From a virus (taxonomy: Duplodnaviria > Caudoviricetes): DNA of 30,820 bases. Below the pieces are notes generated by a model, which did not search any database, had not been told where the DNA came from, and saw only the letters and a list, made by a program, of their open reading frames with translations. Positions 9,850-17,206 of this stretch are shown here, in pieces. Position 1 is the first letter of the stretch. Every line of letters starts with the position of its first letter. The translations under genes were made by a program, and so were the position numbers. The stretch covers positions 1 to 30,820 of IMG/VR virus record IMGVR_UViG_3300017989_004169; one strand, given 5' to 3'.

Positions 9850-10714
9850 TGTTCACCTTTGAAAAGAACCATTTCAAATATTCTTTAGGATCGTTTTCCT
9901 CCATGAACACATCATTCCAATCCACCCCAGTTTTGCCAGTAAATGCATAGTGAGTGCAAGCTTTGGCATTTTTAAATTTCTTCAGCATATCAAGACCAGC
10001 CTCATCGGAGTCAGGGGCAACAATTACCTTATAGCCTTTATTAACAAGCTCATTCATTTGTTCTAATTGATGTTTAGTGGCGCCAGAACCACTACAGGCA
10101 ATGGCTCGCCATGGTGTGGTGATTGCACTTCCATATGTTGCATTCAAAGCCTGCTGTATTGCTTGGGCATCAAAAGCACCTTCGACCGCAATCACACCTT
10201 TAATATTAGACATCAATACATCTTGATTCCAATTATAGAACAAAAGCCCAAGACGTGTACCTGACATTGTGTCAATCTTGCGATCATTGCCATTGGCATC
10301 CACAAATGGCTCTAAAAAACGAGTTTGAGCCCCTACAAACACACTACCAAAGAAATAAGGGAATACTATCCCTTTACGTTCCATATCATAATACATACCT
10401 TCAGCAGGCTCTAATCCTCGCTGCTTGCGAATATAATCAACCCCTTCTTGTGCCCTAGGATCAGAAAGTGGTATAAAATGCTTTGGCCACTCTTGCTGAG
10501 TAACTTCATTGGGAGTTGCTTCTTTGAAATCAATTTTATTCTTTAGAAAGTCAGAAACAGATACACCTGCGGCTGCACAGTAAGCATAAAGACTATAGCC
10601 CCGTTGACATTTGCCCTTGCAGTATACCCAAAGGCTTCCATTATCAGGATCTTTATGCCAGTACAGCGTGTCCCTGGGCCGTTGACATATAGCACATCTT
10701 TTGGTATTAATCAT
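9842..10714 (-). CDS. DNA primase, DnaG/TOPRIM type (290 aa)
   Basis: N-terminal zinc finger CAIC...CKGKC. TOPRIM motifs VEGAFDA, DSDEAG and DWND. Start moved to the ATG at 10714, which has a GGAGG at 10721-10725. Adjacent to the helicase. Confidence 0.88.
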   Translation of the reverse strand: MINTKRCAICQRPRDTLYWHKDPDNGSLWVYCKGKCQRGYSLYAYCAAAGVSVSDFLKNKIDFKEATPNEVTQQEWPKHFIPLSDPRAQEGVDYIRKQRGLEPAEGMYYDMERKGIVFPYFFGSVFVGAQTRFLEPFVDANGNDRKIDTMSGTRLGLLFYNWNQDVLMSNIKGVIAVEGAFDAQAIQQALNATYGSAITTPWRAIACSGSGATKHQLEQMNELVNKGYKVIVAPDSDEAGLDMLKKFKNAKACTHYAFTGKTGVDWNDVFMEENDPKEYLKWFFSKVNNV

Positions 10715-11852
10715 TTTGTGCCTCCATTTTAGCACGAGCTCTATCTAGCATATCGCTTTGATCTTTACCAAGTGTATCTTCTACCATTTTGTCAATATTA
10801 AAATCTTCATCTTTTATTTCAGATTGCTTCTCAACCATCCTTGCTTTTTGTTTAACCACTTCTTCTTCAAACTGCTGTGTATATGGAACATATTTACCAC
10901 CACGATAGCCAATTGGCATTTCCTCACCCTGGTTTCCTAGCCAACGATCTTTATGTACTATCAAGATACTTCGTGAATATTGTTTATCGGTTTTCAATTC
11001 GAATATATCAGTTGCTTTGTTGAGTATTAGTCGTCTGCCCTCAAGCCTCTCTTTATAGTCACTTTCACCACGACGTATTTGAGCCATTAGGATAATTGGA
11101 CAGCCAACTGAATTTTTGAAGTAATCCAAATCATTTGCGAACATCTCATTGGCTTCATGCGGGCGAAGACCAGGTTGAGCAATACTATAATTGACATTTT
11201 GATAATAATCAATCAATATAGCATCAAACTTACCAGATGCTCGTGTAAGTAGGGCTTTCATACCCTCAGGAGATGTCGTAATCCTAGAGTCGCCTTTAAA
11301 ATCAAGCCCACATATTGTAACACTATTTTTAGAGAGTGCAACCATATTGTTAATTACATTCTCACGCTCTTGGTCTGTAAGTCCGCCCTTAATCTTATAC
11401 TTATGAATAGAGATATCTAAATCTAAACAAGATACCCTAACACCTACATCATCATTCTCTTCTTCATTAACAATAATAAGAACACGTTTGCCTTGTTTTA
11501 TTAGCTCTTTTGCAATATTAGCTGTAAGAGTACTTTTACCTGTACCTGTACTAGCACAAAACAAAGCTAAACTACCAGCGGCTAATTGAACAAAATCCTT
11601 CAATTCATCATAAAGAAAAGGAATGCAATCTTCACGTTGCTCTGCTTTCTTACGTGCTTTTTCTGCAACCTCATCCCAATCAGTATCTAAATCAGCTGTC
11701 TCAAGTGTTTTTTGTATTTGTTGATTATCAAATATACGCTTGAGTTTATTCTTAGCCTCATGCTTGCGAACAGCATCTTGTAGAGTACGTAACTCTTCTT
11801 TTTTCTGTTCTTTACGGGCTAATTCTTCAAATTTTGTATTATCATCACTCAA
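10707..11852 (-). CDS. Replicative DnaB-like (SF4) helicase (381 aa)
   Basis: Walker A ASTGTGKS, catalytic NEE, Walker B ILIDYYQ, MAQIRR and a KDR arginine-finger-like motif. Directly upstream of the primase. Confidence 0.85.
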   Translation of the reverse strand: MSDDNTKFEELARKEQKKEELRTLQDAVRKHEAKNKLKRIFDNQQIQKTLETADLDTDWDEVAEKARKKAEQREDCIPFLYDELKDFVQLAAGSLALFCASTGTGKSTLTANIAKELIKQGKRVLIIVNEEENDDVGVRVSCLDLDISIHKYKIKGGLTDQERENVINNMVALSKNSVTICGLDFKGDSRITTSPEGMKALLTRASGKFDAILIDYYQNVNYSIAQPGLRPHEANEMFANDLDYFKNSVGCPIILMAQIRRGESDYKERLEGRRLILNKATDIFELKTDKQYSRSILIVHKDRWLGNQGEEMPIGYRGGKYVPYTQQFEEEVVKQKARMVEKQSEIKDEDFNIDKMVEDTLGKDQSDMLDRARAKMEAQND

Positions 11853-12334
11853 GAATCACCTCGCTCAGTAAAGAAAAAAGGATTTTCTCGGGTAACTTTC
11901 TTGGATGAATTATAAAAATCTTCTTCATTTAATTCATCATCTGTAGCTATGCCTTTTTGTGTTTTCCTAGTTTTTTTAGTGGGTAAAGGCGGGGGCAGAA
12001 TATCTTTCTCTTCAATAGGATATAGCTCATAATAGGCAGCTAATGCTTTATTACGAATATCATCTTTCCACCCATCAAGCCACTCTTTATAAGAAGTTTT
12101 TACATATGGCTTTTTGACTTTCCATACATACTTAGCTGTGCTGTGTGATGGAAGAGAATATCCCACAGCATCATCAACAATTTCACGAGCTATATCATAT
12201 GGAATTGATGCCGCATACAGTGAATAAAAGAGTTGGTCAAAATTTTCACGCATATTCTCGCGCTTTTTATCCATTTTGACAAAATCAACTTTCCATTTTT
12301 CAAAAATACGATTTGCTTTAGTCTTTTTGCTCAC
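11849..12334 (-). CDS. Hypothetical protein (161 aa) upstream of the helicase
   Basis: GTG at 12334 with AGGAGG at 12341-12346. ATGA overlap with the helicase start. Confidence 0.7.
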   Translation of the reverse strand: MSKKTKANRIFEKWKVDFVKMDKKRENMRENFDQLFYSLYAASIPYDIAREIVDDAVGYSLPSHSTAKYVWKVKKPYVKTSYKEWLDGWKDDIRNKALAAYYELYPIEEKDILPPPLPTKKTRKTQKGIATDDELNEEDFYNSSKKVTRENPFFFTERGDS

Positions 12335-12509
12335 ATTCAACCTCCTGCGTATCACCGCTTTTAAGGTTTGTGATTAAGATTTTAGCAGAATTGTATTCCC
12401 GATCAATGTGAAGAAGCTCTAATTTGTACTCATTGTTGATTACGAAGGGTCGTGAGGCATTTAACCACCAGTATAACTGGTTTTTAAGCTTATTAGCAAA
12501 TTGCTTCAT
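12318..12509 (-). CDS. Small hypothetical protein (63 aa)
   Basis: ATG at 12509 with GGAGA at 12517-12521. The longer 12560 start overlaps the promoter-like motif. Confidence 0.65.
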   Translation of the reverse strand: MKQFANKLKNQLYWWLNASRPFVINNEYKLELLHIDREYNSAKILITNLKSGDTQEVECEQKD

Positions 12510-12551
12510 CCAAAAATCTCCACAAATATAAATACTTACCAATATATTTTT

Positions 12552-12559
12552 ATTATACA
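12552..12559 (-). promoter_or_regulatory. TGTATAAT promoter-like (-10) motif for the primase/helicase operon
   Basis: ATTATACA on + strand, in the divergent intergenic gap. Confidence 0.65.
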
Positions 12560-12595
12560 CATGAATTTATAAAATATGTATGCAAAGCTATACTT

Positions 12596-12603
12596 TGTAT
12601 AAT
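12596..12603 (+). promoter_or_regulatory. TGTATAAT promoter-like motif, 6 nt before the SF2 helicase ATG
   Basis: Exact motif, back-to-back with the minus-strand copy. Confidence 0.65.
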
Positions 12604-12609
12604 AATCTT

Positions 12610-13986
12610 ATGAAAGCTATTGTAACAAATAAAACAATCACTATTTTGGATGCTACTCCAAAATATGAACAATATATTACAGATATTTTATCTTTTGTTG
12701 ATAAATCTAAGCAGTACCAGTTACGGCGCATGGAGAAAAACCCATGGCAAAAGAATTCACCACATTATCACAAGATAAAAGCAGAGTCCACAGGTTGCCT
12801 AGTAGTTAAGCAAGATAATAAAATTATTATACCCTCAGGATTTGCATATACATTAAATAATGATATGGATATTGAAGATCTCAGATCTTCAACCGGTGAT
12901 AAAATTGCCCTCCCTTGGAAAAAGAAGCCATTTGATTTACGTCCTTATCAACAAGAAGCTGTAGAGCTAATGGATAGTGAATATCGTGGATTAATTAATA
13001 TGGCAACAGGCCTTGGTAAAACACTCACAGCCATCCATGCTATTAGAAAAATAAAGCGAAAAACGCTTATCGTATGTCCTGGTAAATCTATTGCAGATCA
13101 ATTCTATTTACAGCTATGTGAAGCATTTGGAAGTCATCGTATAGGTTATATGGGCGGTGGAAAAAAGCAGCTCAAGGATATCACAGTTGGTATAGTGGGA
13201 ACCATCAATAATAACATCGATACGGTCTCCAAACATGGTCTAGGATTGGTTATATTTGATGAGACGCATCATATTAGTGCTGATACATTCTTCTCGATAG
13301 CGGAGAATCTGGGAGACATAGGGAAGATGTTTGGATTGACTGCTACAGACTTTCGTTCTGATGGTAAAGATGTCATGATTACTGCCGGTGTTGGCCCTGT
13401 TGTAATCAAAAAAGATGTGGTTTGGGGAGTTCAAAATGGCTGGCTTGCGGAACCACATTTCTTTATCCGTAATATTTACTCTGGACAACGTGAATTTCCT
13501 GGTGACAAGCTCAAGAATTACAAATCTCATATTTTGAATTGTGAAGTCACCAAAAAGCAAATTGAGAATGATTGTCGTAATTTTATAAATATGGGCAAAT
13601 CAGTATTGTGTTTGGTATCAGAAGTTGCTCATGGCGAAGAATTATCTCAGGCACTTGGGGTCCCCTTTGCAACTGGCAAAGATAAGAAATCCGCCTCATA
13701 TATTGACGAGCTAAATAGTGGTAAAACGCTTGGGCTTATTGGTACAGATAGCTTTATAGGCGAAGGCACAGACACGAAACAGGTGGATGTCTTGATATTG
13801 GCTAATTTTGTTGCGAGCAAAGGGCCAGTGATTCAATGCCTCGGGCGGGGATTACGCAAGACGAATACAAAAAGTAAAGTGATTATATTAGATTATAAAA
13901 TTGCTAATTCTAAGATGTTGGCTCGTCATTGCGATAATCGTGTTAAAATATATAAAACGATTAATTCTAATATTACTATGATATAG
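12610..13986 (+). CDS. Superfamily 2 DNA helicase (UvsW/Rad25-like, 458 aa)
   Basis: Q-motif LRPYQ, motif I MATGLGKT, II IFDETHH, III GLTAT and VI QCLGRGLR. The start at 12610 is preferred over 12580 because the latter lies upstream of the promoter motif. Confidence 0.9.
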   Translation: MKAIVTNKTITILDATPKYEQYITDILSFVDKSKQYQLRRMEKNPWQKNSPHYHKIKAESTGCLVVKQDNKIIIPSGFAYTLNNDMDIEDLRSSTGDKIALPWKKKPFDLRPYQQEAVELMDSEYRGLINMATGLGKTLTAIHAIRKIKRKTLIVCPGKSIADQFYLQLCEAFGSHRIGYMGGGKKQLKDITVGIVGTINNNIDTVSKHGLGLVIFDETHHISADTFFSIAENLGDIGKMFGLTATDFRSDGKDVMITAGVGPVVIKKDVVWGVQNGWLAEPHFFIRNIYSGQREFPGDKLKNYKSHILNCEVTKKQIENDCRNFINMGKSVLCLVSEVAHGEELSQALGVPFATGKDKKSASYIDELNSGKTLGLIGTDSFIGEGTDTKQVDVLILANFVASKGPVIQCLGRGLRKTNTKSKVIILDYKIANSKMLARHCDNRVKIYKTINSNITMI

Positions 13987-13993
13987 GTGATAT

Positions 13994-14893
13994 ATGTTAA
14001 CAGAACATTTCAAGGCTAGTGAACTTCAGTGTAGTTGCTGTGGTCAGCTTGTAATTGACAGACAGCTTGTTTACGGACTTGAAGTCCTAAGGCGGCTTTT
14101 AGGAAAACCAATCATTATTACTTCTGCATATCGATGTATGGCACATAATGCAGCAGTTGGTGGAGTTCCTAATAGTCAACATGTATTAGGTAAAGCTGCT
14201 GATATTCAAGTACCTGGATTAACCCCAGATGAAGTACACAAAGTTGCAAAATGGTTGTTTACAGGGTTGGGATTATATGATAATTTTTTACATGTTGATG
14301 TACGCGAAGGCAAAAGAGCTTTTTGGTCAAATATATCATATAATAGAAAATTCACCGATGATGATTTATATGATAGTCATAAATTATACAATCAAGGCTT
14401 AAGTTTTCGTGAAATTGGTACTATCTTAGGATACGATGCCTCTAATATTAGATATCACTTTGATAAAAATAAGTTGCCACGTAGAAGCCAGAAAGATGGT
14501 ATTGCCTTATCCGAAAGTAAAAGAGATAAAACTGGTAGTAATAACCCAAATTGGAAAGGTGGCAAATCAAAGTTACAATTAAAACAGCAAATGGCTCAAT
14601 ATGCAGGCGGTAAATGTAAAGATTGTGGCCTCATTTATACAGTAGAAAATTCACCAGTATTTGAATTTCATCATTTAAACCCATTGATAAAAAGTTTCAA
14701 TATTTGCAACGAATTACAACTACATGATATCGATGTAATTAAAAGTGAAATAGATAAATGTAATTTATTATGTGCTAATTGTCACAGATTACGTCATTAC
14801 AATTCAAACAATATATCATCCGAAGATGTTCTACCAGAAGGACCATCAGATCAGGATATAGAGAACAAACTCAAAGAGGCTGAAGATGAGTAA
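13994..14893 (+). CDS. Peptidase M15-family endolysin-like protein fused in frame to an HTH-HNH endonuclease module (299 aa)
   Basis: Residues 1-112: HF...E..CSCCG, ITSAYRC..HN..VGG..NSQH..GKAADI and FLHVDVR (M15 zinc ligands). Then HTH (GLSFREIGTILG), GSNNPNWKGG and HNH (CKDC...FHHLNP...LLCANCHRLRH), followed by an acidic tail. Confidence 0.85.
   Translation: MLTEHFKASELQCSCCGQLVIDRQLVYGLEVLRRLLGKPIIITSAYRCMAHNAAVGGVPNSQHVLGKAADIQVPGLTPDEVHKVAKWLFTGLGLYDNFLHVDVREGKRAFWSNISYNRKFTDDDLYDSHKLYNQGLSFREIGTILGYDASNIRYHFDKNKLPRRSQKDGIALSESKRDKTGSNNPNWKGGKSKLQLKQQMAQYAGGKCKDCGLIYTVENSPVFEFHHLNPLIKSFNICNELQLHDIDVIKSEIDKCNLLCANCHRLRHYNSNNISSEDVLPEGPSDQDIENKLKEAEDE
14330..14819 (+). mobile_element. Putative in-frame HNH homing-endonuclease insertion (480 bp plus 10-bp direct repeat)
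   Basis: AATATATCAT at 14330-14339 and 14810-14819, exactly 480 bp apart and in the same codon phase (N-I-S), bracketing the HTH-HNH module. Confidence 0.65.
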
Positions 14894-15143
14894 ACATACT
14901 GTTCAATTACCCGATGGGTTTGAAATCGATTTAGATAATGTCACAGTTACAGATACCATAACCACAGATAACACCGCTGTACCACCACTTTGGGATACTA
15001 CCACTACCGATGGTATATATGAACCATTTTCACCTTATAATCACACCTATAGCTATCAAGAAGAAATTAAAGCCCTCAAAGAAGAAATAAAAGAGCTTAA
15101 GAAAATCATTGAAGAGCATATCTTGCTTGGACATGGTGAGTAA
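14886..15143 (+). CDS. Hypothetical protein (85 aa) with short C-terminal coiled coil
   Basis: Overlaps the upstream stop, has GAGG upstream and EEIKALKEEIKELKKII heptads. Confidence 0.65.
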   Translation: MSKHTVQLPDGFEIDLDNVTVTDTITTDNTAVPPLWDTTTTDGIYEPFSPYNHTYSYQEEIKALKEEIKELKKIIEEHILLGHGE

Positions 15144-15155
15144 TGTAGAGTCGAT

Positions 15156-15297
15156 CTATATACTTTCCTAAAAACTATCTTATCAATTCAAATCTAATCT
15201 AGTTTTGCGCAGCAAAACTATGTGCGGGCTCTTGCCCGCACGCTGCTAGTAAAGTATATAGTATAGAATAGATTAGGGGTGATGGGGAAGTCTTCCC
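15156..15297. other. Structured non-coding element (nested inverted repeats): candidate ncRNA or replication origin
   Basis: Outer stem 15156-15170/15247-15261 (14/15 bp). Hairpins TAGTTTTGC-GCA-GCAAAACTA (15200-15220) and GTGCGGGC-TCTT-GCCCGCAC (15222-15241). Palindrome GGGAAG-T-CTTCCC (15285-15297). No ORF. Confidence 0.6.
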
Positions 15298-15298
15298 T

Positions 15299-15306
15299 AT
15301 TATACA
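15299..15306 (-). promoter_or_regulatory. TGTATAAT promoter-like motif pointing into the structured element
   Basis: ATTATACA on + strand, with no minus-strand ORF downstream. Confidence 0.5.
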
Positions 15307-15364
15307 GCGAAAAGATGAAAATGACTTGCGCTAAGCGTTTTTGCTTTGGTGTACATTATACTTT

Positions 15365-15389
15365 ATGTAATAATTACATCTTGTATAAT
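15365..15389 (+). promoter_or_regulatory. Palindrome ATGTAAT-A-ATTACAT followed by TGTATAAT promoter-like motif upstream of dUTPase
   Basis: Palindrome at 15365-15379, motif at 15382-15389, and a GGAGG RBS before ATG 15413. Confidence 0.6.
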
Positions 15390-15412
15390 TTGTAATAACC
15401 ATCGGAGGAATT

Positions 15413-15895
15413 ATGCAAAAGATGACAACCCAAGAGCAGTTGCAGCAACTGCATGAAGAAAGTTTTGCAATAAAAATAGAAGTTTTATATGACGGGAGAT
15501 TACCCTTTAAGGCCCATAGGACTGATGCTGGCTTTGATGTATTTGCTACTGATGATGTGATTATTCATCCAGGAGAAATTATCAAACACTCTTTGAATAT
15601 AAAAATGCAATTGCCACGTGGTACATATGCAAGTATTGAATCTAAATCTGGACTTGGTGCTCGTGGCTTGTTGGTTTATGCGGGTGTAATTGATCAAGGA
15701 TATCGTGGTGTTCCTCATGTTGTCGCAACCAACCTAAATCATAAAGACCCAAATCCTATTGTTATTAAAAAACATGAGAAAATAGCACAATTCATTGTAT
15801 ATCCTTTTAATTCAGAATATTACATTAAAGAGGTTTATAAGGTAGACGAAAATACAGCAAGATCTGGGGGCGGTTTTGGTTCAACAGGTAAGTGA
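15413..15895 (+). CDS. dut: Trimeric dUTPase (160 aa)
   Basis: Motifs DAGFDV, SKSGL, GVIDQGYRG, KIAQ and RSGGGFGSTG. Confidence 0.93.
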   Translation: MQKMTTQEQLQQLHEESFAIKIEVLYDGRLPFKAHRTDAGFDVFATDDVIIHPGEIIKHSLNIKMQLPRGTYASIESKSGLGARGLLVYAGVIDQGYRGVPHVVATNLNHKDPNPIVIKKHEKIAQFIVYPFNSEYYIKEVYKVDENTARSGGGFGSTGK

Positions 15896-16310
15896 CACAT
15901 ATAGTGACTCTAATGGTGAAGCTTTTCAGAAATTGCAACGAGCTTTTCCTATATGGAATATTATTAACTTTACAATAACACAACAAATGCAATCTGCAGC
16001 AATATATGATACCTTTACTATTGGTCAGGTACCAACATATCAACCATCAGGGGGTGCTACGTTTACACTAGAAATATATAGACAAGTTAAACCAGGTGTT
16101 AACTCTAGTTTAAATCTTCATGGGTTAGCAGATTGTTGGTTAGATTGTGCCATAACTGTAGATGGTGTTAATAATGAGGTATTACGTTATGTATTTACAG
16201 GTTATGGTGAGATTTGGGATTTTATTGAAAAACATCAAGATGAAATATATAAAGAAGTAACTTTACCATATTTAGATAAGCAATTAGATGACATTTTAAC
16301 TAATAAGTGA
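15876..16310 (+). CDS. Hypothetical protein (start uncertain: TTG 15876, TTG 15933 or ATG 15987)
   Basis: Fills the gap between dut and the MTase-like gene, with a GTGA overlap at its 3' end. No recognised motif. Confidence 0.6.
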   Translation: MVQQVSDTYSDSNGEAFQKLQRAFPIWNIINFTITQQMQSAAIYDTFTIGQVPTYQPSGGATFTLEIYRQVKPGVNSSLNLHGLADCWLDCAITVDGVNNEVLRYVFTGYGEIWDFIEKHQDEIYKEVTLPYLDKQLDDILTNK

Positions 16311-17017
16311 GAATAATGAGTAATATTTCTAATTTATTTAGTACGAATATTCGCATTATGAATATGGATCCATTAGATCAAGATGCTATTTGGCCTATGA
16401 ATATTGAAATATGTATTTGTAGGGTACCAATTCGTAAGCGAGACGGCTACGATCCTGAAAAGATGAAGACATTCGCTGAGAGGCTAAAACACCATATGGC
16501 CCATAATGGTATAGTATTTTTGATATGTTATGCCCCAATTGAAGAAAGAAGTAGGCCATTTGAAGTAGCAAAAACTATGACAGACAAGGGGTTTCACCAT
16601 ATTGATAATATTGTTATTGAGAAAACATGGCTCCCAGGTAAGCGATCTGAAGTTAATTTAGTGAGCTCTCATGAGTATGTTTTGCATTTCTGCAATGGTA
16701 AGGTTTGGAAACTAGATAGGCTGCCAATCAGAGAATACCTCAGTACTCCTGATGATATATCTTGTCCTGGTAATACATGGAAAGTTACTACTGGTAGTTT
16801 AGATGAGAGCTACCCATTAGATTTAGCAGAGTTATTGATTCGTATGACTGATTGTCTTCCAGGTAGTGTTGTATTTGATGCATACTGTGGAACCACATCC
16901 TCACTAAGGGCAGCATTGAAAGTAGGTCATTCGTTCTATGGCTTTGAGCGGGATAATAGAAAATTTAAGAAAATGAAGGATTTAATTGATAAATACCAAA
17001 ATGAAGGTGTGATATAA
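16307..17017 (+). CDS. N4/N6 DNA methyltransferase-like protein (beta-class layout), catalytic motif degenerate
   Basis: HEYVLHF, GNTW and YPLDLAELLIRMT...GSVVFDAYCGTTSSLRAALKVGHSFYGFE match the N6_N4_Mtase C-terminal pattern. No (D/S/N)PPY. Confidence 0.75.
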   Translation: MRIMSNISNLFSTNIRIMNMDPLDQDAIWPMNIEICICRVPIRKRDGYDPEKMKTFAERLKHHMAHNGIVFLICYAPIEERSRPFEVAKTMTDKGFHHIDNIVIEKTWLPGKRSEVNLVSSHEYVLHFCNGKVWKLDRLPIREYLSTPDDISCPGNTWKVTTGSLDESYPLDLAELLIRMTDCLPGSVVFDAYCGTTSSLRAALKVGHSFYGFERDNRKFKKMKDLIDKYQNEGVI

Positions 17018-17205
17018 TGCATAAAATAGAAATTGTACGTAAAAAGGGTGCTAGTAAATGTCTATCAAGTAAATTTTGTGAAATATGGCTTGATGGTAAA
17101 AAATTACAAGGTGTTCAAGAATTTGACTTAAATATTGCCAGTAATGAACTAGCAACTATTACCCTTAAAATAATCGGTGAATTTGACATTGTAGACGAGG
17201 AATAA
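17017..17205 (+). CDS. Small hypothetical protein (62 aa)
   Basis: TAATG coupling upstream and a 1-nt gap to the chaperonin. EIWLDGKKLQGV beta-rich pattern. Confidence 0.65.
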   Translation: MHKIEIVRKKGASKCLSSKFCEIWLDGKKLQGVQEFDLNIASNELATITLKIIGEFDIVDEE

Positions 17206-17206
17206 T

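Noticed and set aside
12318-12509. CsrA-like fold for the 63-aa protein
   Set aside because: Only a loose beta-strand pattern; lacks the L.R..GE and HREE residues.
14330-14819. Intein or group I intron explanation for the HNH insert (HYN-S near the end resembles HN-S)
   Set aside because: No HINT block A/B/F motifs, and the terminus is not HN. The 480 nt are fully occupied by HTH-HNH coding sequence, leaving no room for a ribozyme core.
15200-15241. Hairpins as intrinsic terminators or a tRNA
   Set aside because: No U-tract directly after either stem, and no T-loop, D-loop or acceptor geometry.
15640-15660. dUTPase motif 2 reads KSG rather than RSG
   Set aside because: A conservative change with all other motifs intact; not enough to claim altered specificity.
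15866-15895. Programmed frameshift from dut into the next ORF
   Set aside because: No canonical slippery heptamer, dut ends at its normal motif 5, and alternative in-frame starts exist.
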